Assembly: GCA_046757025.1 (NCBI GenBank)
Contig: JBHHXN010000027.1
Location: 1 to 41,951 of the forward strand
Source: a bacterium
Lineage (GTDB): Bacteria; Zhuqueibacterota; Zhuqueibacteria; Oceanimicrobiales; Oceanimicrobiaceae
Reading direction: 5' to 3'
DNA: 41,951 nucleotides
Shown: piece by piece, positions 7,974-17,285 of the stretch
Numbering within the stretch: the stretch's first letter is position 1
Layout: every line of letters starts with the position of its first letter
Translations under genes and position numbers: made by a program
Notes under the pieces: generated by a model
Told to the model about the DNA's origin: nothing
The model's input: the letters and a program-made list of their open reading frames with translations, nothing else
The model's database searches: none

Positions 7974-10301
7974 TTATCTCAGCTCCAGTGCAATGGTTTT
8001 ACTGATGGATTTATTTGCGAGTAAATCCGTTATTTTTATTTTCAATTCATATTCGCCTTTTTTGAGATTGTTGACGTCGTAGCCAACAAATTCCACCATG
8101 TTGGCGAGCTCGCTCTGTAGCGACTCCTTGATCGAAATGAGATTTTTACGACCGTCCGGAGAAATTCGAAACACTTTTTGCAAAAGATTCTTTTTCTTTT
8201 TTACCTGCGCAATTTCATTTTCAATCTCGAAGGAGGTCTGGCCCGAGGGATCTTTCACCAGATTGTAAATTTCAAAATAGACAAACACCGGTTCCGTCAA
8301 TTCAAACGTTTGGGTGGGGTTTGCCAGGATAGACACTTGCCTGCGAGAGGTCAGCGGGTGTGTACTTTCAGTTTGAATTTTGTAGGCCAAAACCAGATCA
8401 CTCATCTCTAGTTGGTTCACACTAAATTGTGGGATACTGGTTTGAAAGTTGTATCCACCTAATCGGGATCGCTGGTTTTGTCTCGCATAAAACGATACGT
8501 CATACTGGCCGGGCACTAACTCAAATTGGTCATGATAGAGGAAAATATCATGGTGATTATTTACCGAATCCTCGAAATCAAAACTGATTTGTTCAAACGA
8601 GCTGGTTTGCTCATGCAATTGAGTGTTGATAAACGCGGCGCCATATTCAATTTCTACTGAGTTTGAGGAGGCATGCTTTTTTGTTTTGAATTGATGCGTT
8701 GGTATTCCGTAAAAAATTTCCGTCCGAACTTTCCCGTTGGCGCCTTTGAAATTGGCCACGTGGTAAAATAACTCCAATTGCGCAATTTTCTTATCCCAGG
8801 TATGAAAATCCGTGGACATGGCGTTGAACACTTCTTCCTGAATCTCATAATCAAATTCAGCGGTGTTGTTGAAGCGGTCGGAAGTGCTCGCCACATATAA
8901 ACGATCTAATCGGTAATCCATACCCAGTCTATCTTCCAGCATACGGCGATCGGTTAAAATAGGCACCAGGCGCCAATTATTCCCCGTGGCGTATTGACCA
9001 ATTAAAAAGTGAAAGATTTGCTTCGGGCGGAAAGGGGTTTCATAGTAGAGCCAGGTTTCGTTACTGGGCACACCCGGTCCCGCTGTCTTAGCCACGTCGT
9101 TCGGCTCGCCATGACGCAAGTAAATCAGTCCTTTGTCGTTGAATTCTTTATTCAAAAAATAAGTTTCAGGAAAGCGCAGCAGAGACACTCTATCCGGATT
9201 GTTTACCGGAGAACGCACACCGTCAAACCAATAGTTACTCTCGGCAATAATCAAGCGCTTGAAATGCTCGAGTATACGGTAGTTGATTTTCATTGCGGGC
9301 ACCGGGTTCCGACTTAGCCAGAATTGACGAAAAAAATCGCGCTTTTCTTCCGCCTGGTTTAACTGCGTGTATTGTTGCCATTCCTTTTCCGTGAACACAT
9401 ATTTTGAATCCTCAAAGAAAAATTCTGCATCCACTTCGCTGTGAATTTCATTAAGGGCCTGAATAAAAAAATCTTCGGCTACCGCCGGTTTTACCTGTTG
9501 AATGTGGGATCGCACTAGGGCTAAATAAACCGGGATGGAGCTGATGTTAAGTTCATGGCTCAACAAATCTTTAAAAACAGAATCTGCCTGAGCAAATTTT
9601 TGCTGCCGGCGGGCAATTTCACCTTTGAAGTACCGCGACCAATCGTTATTTTGTGTTTTCAGCCATTGTGCAATTTTGTTGACATTTTTATTGTTAAGAT
9701 ACGAGCGATAAAATTGATACAAACCCACACGTGGACGCACCAAATCGGGTTTGACGACCACCTGCCGATGAGCCAGTTCGATGGCTTCAGTCCAATTTTC
9801 TCTTAAGAATTGGAGATTGGCGTATTGAAAAAAAACATCGAGAAAAGTCGAGTCCGATTGAATGACGGCAAGAAAGTGTTTTTTGGATTTATCAAAATCG
9901 AGTTTCCTGAACAGCAACGCCTTAAATTTACCCCGTTCGCGATAAGCCCTGCCTAAATTATAATGCGCCGTTAATTCCCCGGGGTTCATTTTCAGAATCT
10001 TTTGGTTCCATTTGATGACATCGCCCCATTTTTCTTTCTCAAACGCAATTTCACTCAATCCATCATAAGCTCGTGTGGATTTTGAATTCAATTTTAACGC
10101 TTTGTTATAGTAGGATTTTGCTGCTTTAAATTCTGCAACCACGCGCAGACTGTCCGCTATTTTTAAATAACGACTGATCCGATTGGTGCGGGATTGGGCA
10201 AAAAGAACCTCGGGTATGCTCAAAAGAAGACACAGCAGGATTGCCCAATGGCCGCCAATTCGGGCAAATTTTATGGAAAAATTAATGACAAACAACCTCA
10301 T
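7974..10301 (-). CDS. TPR-containing GWxTD-domain-like exported protein
   Basis: N-terminal TPRs; FFRQFWLSRNP...EHFKRLIIAESNY...NDKGLIYLRHGEPND...ETWLY matches the GWxTD family pattern (motif itself degenerate); beta-rich C-terminus with MSDLVLA and VFVYFEIYNL. Confidence 0.75.
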   Translation of the reverse strand: MRLFVINFSIKFARIGGHWAILLCLLLSIPEVLFAQSRTNRISRYLKIADSLRVVAEFKAAKSYYNKALKLNSKSTRAYDGLSEIAFEKEKWGDVIKWNQKILKMNPGELTAHYNLGRAYRERGKFKALLFRKLDFDKSKKHFLAVIQSDSTFLDVFFQYANLQFLRENWTEAIELAHRQVVVKPDLVRPRVGLYQFYRSYLNNKNVNKIAQWLKTQNNDWSRYFKGEIARRQQKFAQADSVFKDLLSHELNISSIPVYLALVRSHIQQVKPAVAEDFFIQALNEIHSEVDAEFFFEDSKYVFTEKEWQQYTQLNQAEEKRDFFRQFWLSRNPVPAMKINYRILEHFKRLIIAESNYWFDGVRSPVNNPDRVSLLRFPETYFLNKEFNDKGLIYLRHGEPNDVAKTAGPGVPSNETWLYYETPFRPKQIFHFLIGQYATGNNWRLVPILTDRRMLEDRLGMDYRLDRLYVASTSDRFNNTAEFDYEIQEEVFNAMSTDFHTWDKKIAQLELFYHVANFKGANGKVRTEIFYGIPTHQFKTKKHASSNSVEIEYGAAFINTQLHEQTSSFEQISFDFEDSVNNHHDIFLYHDQFELVPGQYDVSFYARQNQRSRLGGYNFQTSIPQFSVNQLEMSDLVLAYKIQTESTHPLTSRRQVSILANPTQTFELTEPVFVYFEIYNLVKDPSGQTSFEIENEIAQVKKKKNLLQKVFRISPDGRKNLISIKESLQSELANMVEFVGYDVNNLKKGEYELKIKITDLLANKSISKTIALELR

Positions 10302-10411
10302 TTATATTTGTAAAGGAAGAATGAATTCAATAAATTTTGTGACCCCACAAACCGTTTAGAACGTTTGATTCATCGACAGACAAGTCTAAAACACAAAGCG
10401 ACCATTTAATC

Positions 10412-10452
10412 GACAAGCTCATGGGGACTCTTTCGAATCCCCACGGCTTGTC
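10412..10452 (-). other. Long RNA hairpin with GAAA tetraloop in the 3' UTR of the barrel gene
   Basis: Minus strand GACAAGC-CGTGGGGATTC-GAAA-GAGTCCCCATG-A-GCTTGTC; mismatches resolve as G-U pairs only on the minus strand; no U-tract. Confidence 0.65.
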
Positions 10453-10532
10453 TTATGACACCGGACCAGAAAGGAAGGGAAAAAGAACAACAACCAAAAT
10501 CGGCTTTAAATAGCCAATTTTGAACACATTCA

Positions 10533-11852
10533 TTACATTCTAAAAGCAAGCGTCACAAACACGCGATTGGTTTTGATATCTTCAAAATAGGAACCGATAT
10601 CGTTGGTGCCTTCGAGACCAGAATTGAAGCGTTTCCAGAAACCGTGCACGAACGCCACATCCAGCTTGACCTGCTTGTCCACAAGAAAACCCACCCCAGC
10701 GGAATAGAATTGCTTATCCTCGTCGCGGTCACGATTTTGCAGGATAGACGGGTCATAAAAGTAACCCGCGCGGAAACTGAGCCCGGTCAGGGGCAGCGTA
10801 AACTCGGCGCCCAACCGATAACGCGTGGTGGCGCGATAATGATCGCGTATCAATCGATTTGCGGATGTTTGAGAGTACTGCTTATCCGGAGGATCTGATT
10901 TAAACTCCACTTGCGACCAATCACTATATTCGATATCGCCAGAGACCACCAGATTCAGAAGATTTAGAGAGGCGCCGGCAGAAAACGTCCAGGGTGACTG
11001 GATTTTATATTCAAGAAATCCTTCGTCAGGCGGATCCTGGATGAGCGTACCGTCGTCTAAAAGCGTGTCAACAAAGGTTGACCAGGTTTCATCCACATTA
11101 AAGGTAACCGGCGTGGAAATAGTGCCGCCTATTCTCAGCAGGCGTCCAATTCTGAACAGACCGCCGCCTTTTAAATTGAAACCGTTTATTTTAGAGTCCA
11201 CGTTTTTTTCTTTCGTTATGACGTCTTCAAACCAAATGTTGTCTATGTCCACATCCCTAAACGAGAATTCCGTATCATTGCCGCCGGTCCAAAAATTCAA
11301 ACCCAGGCCGAGAGAAACGTTCGGTGACACGTCCACCGCGCCGGAAAAATTCCAGACGTTCAAGCTACCTTTATGGATTTCACGCCAGGCCTGATTCACC
11401 GAATCGTCCGAAGTGGAGTTAAACCACTCAAAGGCAAAATTGGAATCGAACGTTTTCACCCGGTTAAAGCCAAAAGCAAATACCAGACTGCCCTGAATGG
11501 TGGGCACTGGGTAAGCAAATCCGAAGTCGTTGAGCTTGGTGAAGGAAGCATCGTGTTCCACATCATCGATTCCTGCGATGCCCAATCCGGCAACATTCTG
11601 GCGCATGAGATGACTCATGGATCCGAACACCTCGATGCGTTTGATATCAGCCAAGCCAGCCGGATTCCACAAAGAAGCAGAATAATCACCCCCAATGGAT
11701 GAATACGCACCACCCATGGCCAATGATCTCGCACCGGTGCCCAGTTGAAATCCCAATGAAAATATTTCTTCTTGCGCCCGAGTGCTGGTCGTGGTTGAAC
11801 AAATCAAAACCAACGCAATTAGATATTTGAGCATGCCTTTATTTGACGACAT
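10533..11852 (-). CDS. FadL/OmpP1/TodX-like outer-membrane beta-barrel
   Basis: Signal peptide; GTGARSLAMGGA and WNPAGLA plug motifs; YRLGAEF, FRAGYFYDPS, YSAGVGF strands. Confidence 0.82.
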   Translation of the reverse strand: MSSNKGMLKYLIALVLICSTTTSTRAQEEIFSLGFQLGTGARSLAMGGAYSSIGGDYSASLWNPAGLADIKRIEVFGSMSHLMRQNVAGLGIAGIDDVEHDASFTKLNDFGFAYPVPTIQGSLVFAFGFNRVKTFDSNFAFEWFNSTSDDSVNQAWREIHKGSLNVWNFSGAVDVSPNVSLGLGLNFWTGGNDTEFSFRDVDIDNIWFEDVITKEKNVDSKINGFNLKGGGLFRIGRLLRIGGTISTPVTFNVDETWSTFVDTLLDDGTLIQDPPDEGFLEYKIQSPWTFSAGASLNLLNLVVSGDIEYSDWSQVEFKSDPPDKQYSQTSANRLIRDHYRATTRYRLGAEFTLPLTGLSFRAGYFYDPSILQNRDRDEDKQFYSAGVGFLVDKQVKLDVAFVHGFWKRFNSGLEGTNDIGSYFEDIKTNRVFVTLAFRM

Positions 11853-11893
11853 TTTAATCCTCTCCGTTTATAAGATGATTAAAGACTACTACC

Positions 11894-13222
11894 TCATCGC
11901 TTTCTTCTACCGCCCGATGACTTGGACGATCCCGAAGATCCACTGCTTTTAGGTTTGGATGGCGGTGGACTACTTCTTTTTACGCTGGTACCGCCGCTCC
12001 GCGGTTTGGAATAACTTCTGCTTTTGACACTGGACTTTGGCGCGGATCTCCGGGGTGCGCTTTTTTTCACCGCTCTTGATTTAGTGTGATTCGACTTCGA
12101 CTTCACCTTGCGGCTGGGCTGAACGCTTTTACTTTTCGTGCGCCGATATTTTGTACTCTTTGTTCGCGACACCGGACCGGTCTTCGGTTTGTAAGATTTG
12201 GACCCGCTCCTTTTTTTGTGTGTGAGTGATTTCTTTTTGCTGCCCGTACTAATTTTGCTCTTTTTCGACACAGGCTTAGAAACCGGGCGGTACGAATCCG
12301 AGCGTTCATTTTTCGGCTTTCTGCGTGTGTTAGTTTGTTTTGTTTTTACGCCGTAATCTTTTTTTACGCCGGGCCGGGATACCGGTTTGTAAGAATCATC
12401 ACGAGTCTCTGTTTTGAGTCGTCGTTTTTTGGTGGTTTCGACGCCGACTTCGGTATTCTCCACTCTTTCGATATTTCCACTCGGCGCGCTGGAATTCCGT
12501 CTGCGTGTGGGCCGGATAGACTGATTTGGCGCGTTGTTATTGGTATTGTTGCTGCGTCGATTGCCGCCGTTGTTGACCGAAACCCGGTTGGGATTATATC
12601 CGAAATCATCCTCGATGGTCGTCCCACGCCGGGAAAAGCCGCGTCGTTTGTGTGGAACCGAGCTGCCATTGCCATAATAGCCGGGCGAACGATAAATTCG
12701 ATTGTAGGCAAAATAATAATCATAAGCCGGATAATTGTAGTAGGCAAAACCCCAACCATATCCGTAATGGTGCCGATATGAGTACGGCCCGTAAAAATAA
12801 AATGGATCATAATAAAATGGATCGTAGTAAAATGGGTCATAGAAGAATGGGTCGTAATAACCGATGCTGATGGTCACGTGACTTGAGTAAGGCGAAGCAT
12901 AGTTGTAATAGTATGGATCGAAGAACGGATCGTTCCACCAGGCACCGCCATAATAATGCACATCGTGGTAATATTTTCGCGTGACGTGAATCTCATCATA
13001 ATCTTCTTCGTCGAATTCTTCGTACGCCCCTTCCTCTTCATATTCCTCATACTCTTCTACCTCCTCCGCTTCCATTTCATCACTCTCATTCTCGACGTAA
13101 TATTCTTTCTCCACCGTTTTCGTCTGCGGTTTTGCAAGTTGAGTATAACACCCCGTCAAGAAAAAAGCCGATATGGTTAACAACACCGTCACAAGCAATG
13201 TTCTATATAATAGCTTTTTCAT
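11894..13222 (-). CDS. Low-complexity lipoprotein (acidic block, Tyr-rich repeats, basic Ser/Lys/Arg tail)
   Basis: GAGGAG RBS, lipobox LTGC, 442 aa; ends 41 bp before the barrel gene. Confidence 0.8.
   Translation of the reverse strand: MKKLLYRTLLVTVLLTISAFFLTGCYTQLAKPQTKTVEKEYYVENESDEMEAEEVEEYEEYEEEGAYEEFDEEDYDEIHVTRKYYHDVHYYGGAWWNDPFFDPYYYNYASPYSSHVTISIGYYDPFFYDPFYYDPFYYDPFYFYGPYSYRHHYGYGWGFAYYNYPAYDYYFAYNRIYRSPGYYGNGSSVPHKRRGFSRRGTTIEDDFGYNPNRVSVNNGGNRRSNNTNNNAPNQSIRPTRRRNSSAPSGNIERVENTEVGVETTKKRRLKTETRDDSYKPVSRPGVKKDYGVKTKQTNTRRKPKNERSDSYRPVSKPVSKKSKISTGSKKKSLTHKKRSGSKSYKPKTGPVSRTKSTKYRRTKSKSVQPSRKVKSKSNHTKSRAVKKSAPRRSAPKSSVKSRSYSKPRSGGTSVKRSSPPPSKPKSSGSSGSSKSSGGRRKR
12797..12856 (-). 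repeat. Four 15-bp coding tandem repeats (YDPF[Y/F])
   Basis: Plus-strand units ATAAAATGGATCATA, ATAAAATGGATCGTA, GTAAAATGGGTCATA, GAAGAATGGGTCGTA; differences are mostly synonymous. Confidence 0.85.
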
Positions 13223-13279
13223 TTTATTATCTCCTCAAATAATTTTTCTGCATCTTCTGCAATCGTTGGCATTTCTATA

Positions 13280-13295
13280 TGCAAAACTCATGCCA
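13280..13295 (-). promoter_or_regulatory. Sigma-54 (-24/-12) promoter of the lipoprotein-barrel pair
   Basis: TGGCATGAGTTTTGCA, exact GG-N10-GC spacing, 57 bp upstream of ATG 13222. Confidence 0.75.
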
Positions 13296-13437
13296 GTGCA
13301 CACAGACAATTTTTGTACTCATCACTTATAAAGTTAAACTCATTAGGCTTAAATTGCGTTCAATCTTGCGTAACATATTTTTTTTGCAAACCAAGCTATA
13401 AATAAATATACAAAACATGTTAACTTAGTTGGCAATA

Positions 13438-14064
13438 TTACTTTCGCAAATCAAAGCGGTATGGCTGAGTTAACCAAAAACTCACCGGTTTATTTCCTTC
13501 CCGCGCGGGGACAAATCGGCTGCCCAACGCGGCTTCTCTGGCTGCCTGTGCGCACTTTTGGCTACCCGTGGTATTTTCGAGCACCACAACCTCCACCACT
13601 TTACCGGTTTTATCGATGTGTATGCTCAACTTCACCGTGCCCTGCACGCCCTTTTTCTTTTCGTCTTCAGGATATTCCGGGAATACCCACGCAAGGGGTC
13701 GGGGCGGCGTCAATTTCAACCCTCTGACTCCTGGAAAACCATCCGGCGTTTGGTCAAAAATGTTGGAATAATTTAAGGTCGTCTCCATGATGGTTTCGTC
13801 TTCGGGGATGGTTTCATCGTCAGAGGGAATGGGAACGGTTGGTTTGGGTGGCGGCGGATTGCGACGTACCTGGCGCGTCATTGGAATGTTTTCGACATCG
13901 ATAATAATCCTGACTGGCGGTTGTTCTTCTAATCGGACACTTACACGAGGAGAAAGGTAAATCAACAAATTGAAAAAAAACAGAGTAATGATCAGCGATT
14001 TTTTCAGATTTAATCGGTAACTCGATTTTATATCAGCCCTGAATTTTTTGTAATCAATTTGCAC
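13438..14064 (-). CDS. tonB: Energy transducer TonB family protein
   Basis: N-terminal TM helix, Pro-rich linker (PPPPKPTVPIP), C-terminal domain with PEYPEDEKKKGVQGTV and FVPAREGNKPV; GTG start. Confidence 0.85.
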   Translation of the reverse strand: MQIDYKKFRADIKSSYRLNLKKSLIITLFFFNLLIYLSPRVSVRLEEQPPVRIIIDVENIPMTRQVRRNPPPPKPTVPIPSDDETIPEDETIMETTLNYSNIFDQTPDGFPGVRGLKLTPPRPLAWVFPEYPEDEKKKGVQGTVKLSIHIDKTGKVVEVVVLENTTGSQKCAQAAREAALGSRFVPAREGNKPVSFWLTQPYRFDLRK

Positions 14065-14305
14065 AAAGTTACCACATTATTTTGGACGCTTAGCGCCAAA
14101 CAGCGACCCTGTTTTGCGATTATTGAATTGTATAAATTCGGTCACCGAAATTCGCGAATCGACGATTAAGTTTCGTTTTCGATTCACTCGACTCTATTTT
14201 ATGACTTTCCCTTTCGATTTACGCCGACGCTTGTCAGGGCCATCTTTTCGCAACAGCGTCGGCGAAAAGGCCCCGTATCTCGGCACAGGAATCCAAACAG
14301 GAACA

Positions 14306-15085
14306 TCAAATTTTTTCAACCTGATCTTGTTTCATCCAACCGACTTTGCCATCGGAGAGCCGGATTTTCACCCAATTCAGAGACTGATCCTGCAGCTGCA
14401 CTTTCACGCCTAAATGCAAGGTGAAAACATCGGTTCCGGCTTCGCCGGGGGCACTTTTGACATCCACTTTATCCACCAACACAATGGCTTCAATTTTGTT
14501 TTCGGCTTCATAAATCCGAATAATAAATATAGACGAAAAAAAAGTCAGCAAGATGCAAGTAGCGATCAAAATTCCGGCTCCGAGTTTTTTAAACGACTTC
14601 GCTTTTAATAAAATCCGAAGTGGGATCATCGTTCCAAGCAAAAGATACAGCGAAAGCGTGATAATTCCCAGCGTTTGCAAATTAAAAACATTTGCAACTT
14701 GCGATATCCATGAAAAAATAAACAACGTCGGTAATTGTGGAATGCGATCCACCACCGAAAGGTTGGCAAATTCCAGATTAAAATTGATATCTTCATTTTT
14801 GGGGTTGAGTTTTTTGGCGCGTTCGAAATTTAAGATCGCCCGCGCTAACTGCCCGTCTTTATAATACGCATTTCCGAGATTATAATAAACCTCCCAGCTC
14901 TCAAAACCCAGGGTGGCTATTTTTTCATATTCGGAAATCGCAGCCAGATAATCACCCTGCTTGTAAAGTTCATTGCCCTTCAAAAAAATAGCCTCCACCT
15001 CGCTCGCCAACGAAAATTTCACCAGCACATTCATAAATACCAACAGGAAAAGAAAATATTTCTGTGTAATTACGAAGTTTTTCAT
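14306..15085 (-). CDS. batE: BatE-like protein (TPR, TM segments, SH3b)
   Basis: YYNLGNAYYK TPR, two hydrophobic segments, SH3b tail (FTLHLGVKV...WVKIRLSDGKVGWM); 4-bp overlap with batD. Confidence 0.88.
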   Translation of the reverse strand: MKNFVITQKYFLFLLVFMNVLVKFSLASEVEAIFLKGNELYKQGDYLAAISEYEKIATLGFESWEVYYNLGNAYYKDGQLARAILNFERAKKLNPKNEDINFNLEFANLSVVDRIPQLPTLFIFSWISQVANVFNLQTLGIITLSLYLLLGTMIPLRILLKAKSFKKLGAGILIATCILLTFFSSIFIIRIYEAENKIEAIVLVDKVDVKSAPGEAGTDVFTLHLGVKVQLQDQSLNWVKIRLSDGKVGWMKQDQVEKI

Positions 15086-16917
15086 ATCACTCTATCCAGA
15101 TCGATTAAGGCTTTTTTCGCTTTATTAAAAAATGTCTTCATTTCACCGTTGTCTGAATCAGTGGGCGCAAATCGCTTAAAATCGCAGGTATTTAAGCAAT
15201 CCAGAAAACGGGAGACGATCTGGTCCTCGATACCGCGTTTACGTAACAGCGCATCAACTTGTTCGGTGATCAAACCGGCGGCTGGTACGTTGATTTTATC
15301 TCCAATAAACCCCATCAAAGCTTTCGAAACTTCGCTGTAAAATTCTCCTGGCTTGCCCTCGCGCATTTTTTTATTGGCGGTTTTCAACCTTTTTAAGGCC
15401 ATCTGGTTAGCTCGACGGCTGCGCGCGTAAGCCACATTTGAGCTCAATTTTTCGGCATGTTTGTTATAGGCCAAAGCCAGCGCCAACGTGACTACCGGAC
15501 AAAATAACAAGACGAAAAAATAAATCCTTTTGTAAAATGCCGTGCCGATTTTTTCAAATTCTGGCAAATACAATTGAATAAAGCGGATATCTTTGCCAAT
15601 GAATTGCACGTCTTCTTTGGACGTTCCCACCGGTGCGCTGAGTATCGGCTTATCTCCTTTGAGCACATCGATGGTGATGGGGGACGTTCGAATGCGCTGG
15701 TAGTTTCTTTTGACTGGATCAAAATAGGAAAACGAAATGGGTTTGATCACTTGCTTGCCCGGGAAGCGCGGAATCAAAACGTATTCAAAAGTCTTGCTGC
15801 CCGATATTTGTCCACCTTTTCTTTGAATGGATTCTTTTATTTCGGGATCGTAAACTTCGAAATCGGCTGGAATGTCCACTTTTGGATTCGGTAAAATTTT
15901 TATATTCCCCCGGCCTGCCAATTTTACCTTGAGAGTAATGGCTTCGTTGGTTTTGACTGCATGTTTGTCCACGGACGCCTGTAAAGAATAATTTCCCACC
16001 GCACCTGAAAAATCCGACGGCTTCCCTTCTTCAGGCAAAGGCATAACTTCAATTGAAATGGCATCCGAACGAATGGTCCGCCTGACCGAACGACTGAAAA
16101 AGGGATCGTCAAAAAAACTGTCGAAAATATCTCGCCGTCTCCTTTGCCGCGGTAATTGCACTTCACAATCTACCACCAGCGGATCCAGCGTTTTCACGCC
16201 CGCACTCTGTGGATACAGCGCAACCTTTTTTATTTCAGCCACTCGATATTGCCGACCATTTATCACTTCGTCTGTTATTTTTGGACGATTGGAAGTGGGA
16301 AACTCTTCGCTCCAGAAACCGACAGTATTGGGCAACTGCGAAATGCCATAGTTTGTGATATTTACGGCGGTATAGATTTTATAGGTAATTATCACCGCCT
16401 CATTCTGGTATATGCGATTTTTATTGACCGCTGCTTTTAAAAACAACTGCTCGGACAAATCGAGAGGTTCGTTTGCCGACCTGCGGCTGGATGGGTTGCC
16501 CGGTTTTGGCGCAGCCGCCCCTTTGACGATTTCGATGGGAATGGCTTTCGTAGTAAAAGATTTACCCTTGAAATTTAACCTAATGGGGGGAATTTGAAAT
16601 TTGCCGACTCGCGTTGCCACAAAATGGAAAGTGAATATTTTCGAAACCGACATTTGGCCGTTGATAAATTGGATACTTTGTGAGCTGCTGGTACCTCTAA
16701 ACGCGGCAAAATCTTCGATGTCCGGCAGAGCAGGTTGGGGAGCATTTTGGGCGTCCGCTCCGTTCAATTCCACATTCAGTTCAAACGCCTGATCCAACGG
16801 CACCACGGTTCTGTTCAAATTCGCACTTACTTGCAAATCCTGGGCAAAAATAACCGGATTGCGTAACAGCAAAAACAGCAAAATCAAAGCTGATTTTTGT
16901 TTAAAAATGCAACTCAT
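15082..16917 (-). CDS. batD: BatD family protein
   Basis: SQSIQFING, DSFFDDPFF, PLPEEGKPSDFSGAVG, FEYVLIPR, FSYFDP motifs; position within the bat operon. Confidence 0.9.
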   Translation of the reverse strand: MSCIFKQKSALILLFLLLRNPVIFAQDLQVSANLNRTVVPLDQAFELNVELNGADAQNAPQPALPDIEDFAAFRGTSSSQSIQFINGQMSVSKIFTFHFVATRVGKFQIPPIRLNFKGKSFTTKAIPIEIVKGAAAPKPGNPSSRRSANEPLDLSEQLFLKAAVNKNRIYQNEAVIITYKIYTAVNITNYGISQLPNTVGFWSEEFPTSNRPKITDEVINGRQYRVAEIKKVALYPQSAGVKTLDPLVVDCEVQLPRQRRRRDIFDSFFDDPFFSRSVRRTIRSDAISIEVMPLPEEGKPSDFSGAVGNYSLQASVDKHAVKTNEAITLKVKLAGRGNIKILPNPKVDIPADFEVYDPEIKESIQRKGGQISGSKTFEYVLIPRFPGKQVIKPISFSYFDPVKRNYQRIRTSPITIDVLKGDKPILSAPVGTSKEDVQFIGKDIRFIQLYLPEFEKIGTAFYKRIYFFVLLFCPVVTLALALAYNKHAEKLSSNVAYARSRRANQMALKRLKTANKKMREGKPGEFYSEVSKALMGFIGDKINVPAAGLITEQVDALLRKRGIEDQIVSRFLDCLNTCDFKRFAPTDSDNGEMKTFFNKAKKALIDLDRVI

Positions 16918-17076
16918 AATCTGGCCACTTTGTCAAATCGAAGAAGCTTGTTCTTTTGATGCATTTTGTGTGATCCAATAGGGGTATCAAGTAATTGGGT
17001 TCCGTATGTAGCCCTCTTGTAACTTAATAATGATAACTCACGAAACAGATGCAAATCCTAATTCTCAAAAGATAAT

Positions 17077-17245
17077 GACTGTTTGAACGAAAACTCCGTT
17101 TTTGTTATTCTGAGGTGTGAACAACGAAAAATCTAAGACCACTCTCTTTCTAGTAAGTGTAAATTTGGTGGTCGGACATTTTTCACACTCCTGCTTGCGC
17201 GGGATGATTCAGAAGGACATTTCAAGTGTTTTCGTTCAGGCGCTA
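17077..17245. mobile_element. MITE-like element (family B, copy 1) between batC and batD
   Basis: Ends GACTGTTTGAACGAAAAC / GTTTTCGTTCAGGCGCTA; degenerate internal palindrome TGTTATTCTGA...TCAGAAGGACA; ends shared with 25795..25957. Confidence 0.7.
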
Positions 17246-17285
17246 ATTTGAACCATCGGGAACGGATACGCCGGTCAAACCCCAT

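Noticed and set aside
12797..12856. Tandem repeats as a CRISPR array
   Set aside because: 15-bp units without spacers, in frame within a coding sequence; no cas genes. No CRISPR array was seen in the window.
13267..13283. Plus-strand TGGCA...TGCA resembling a sigma-54 promoter
   Set aside because: GG-N11-GC spacing is wrong and there is no plus-strand gene downstream.
14221..14276. HDV-like ribozyme reading of the pseudoknot
   Set aside because: No convincing P3 helix, P1.1 or P4 can be built on either strand.
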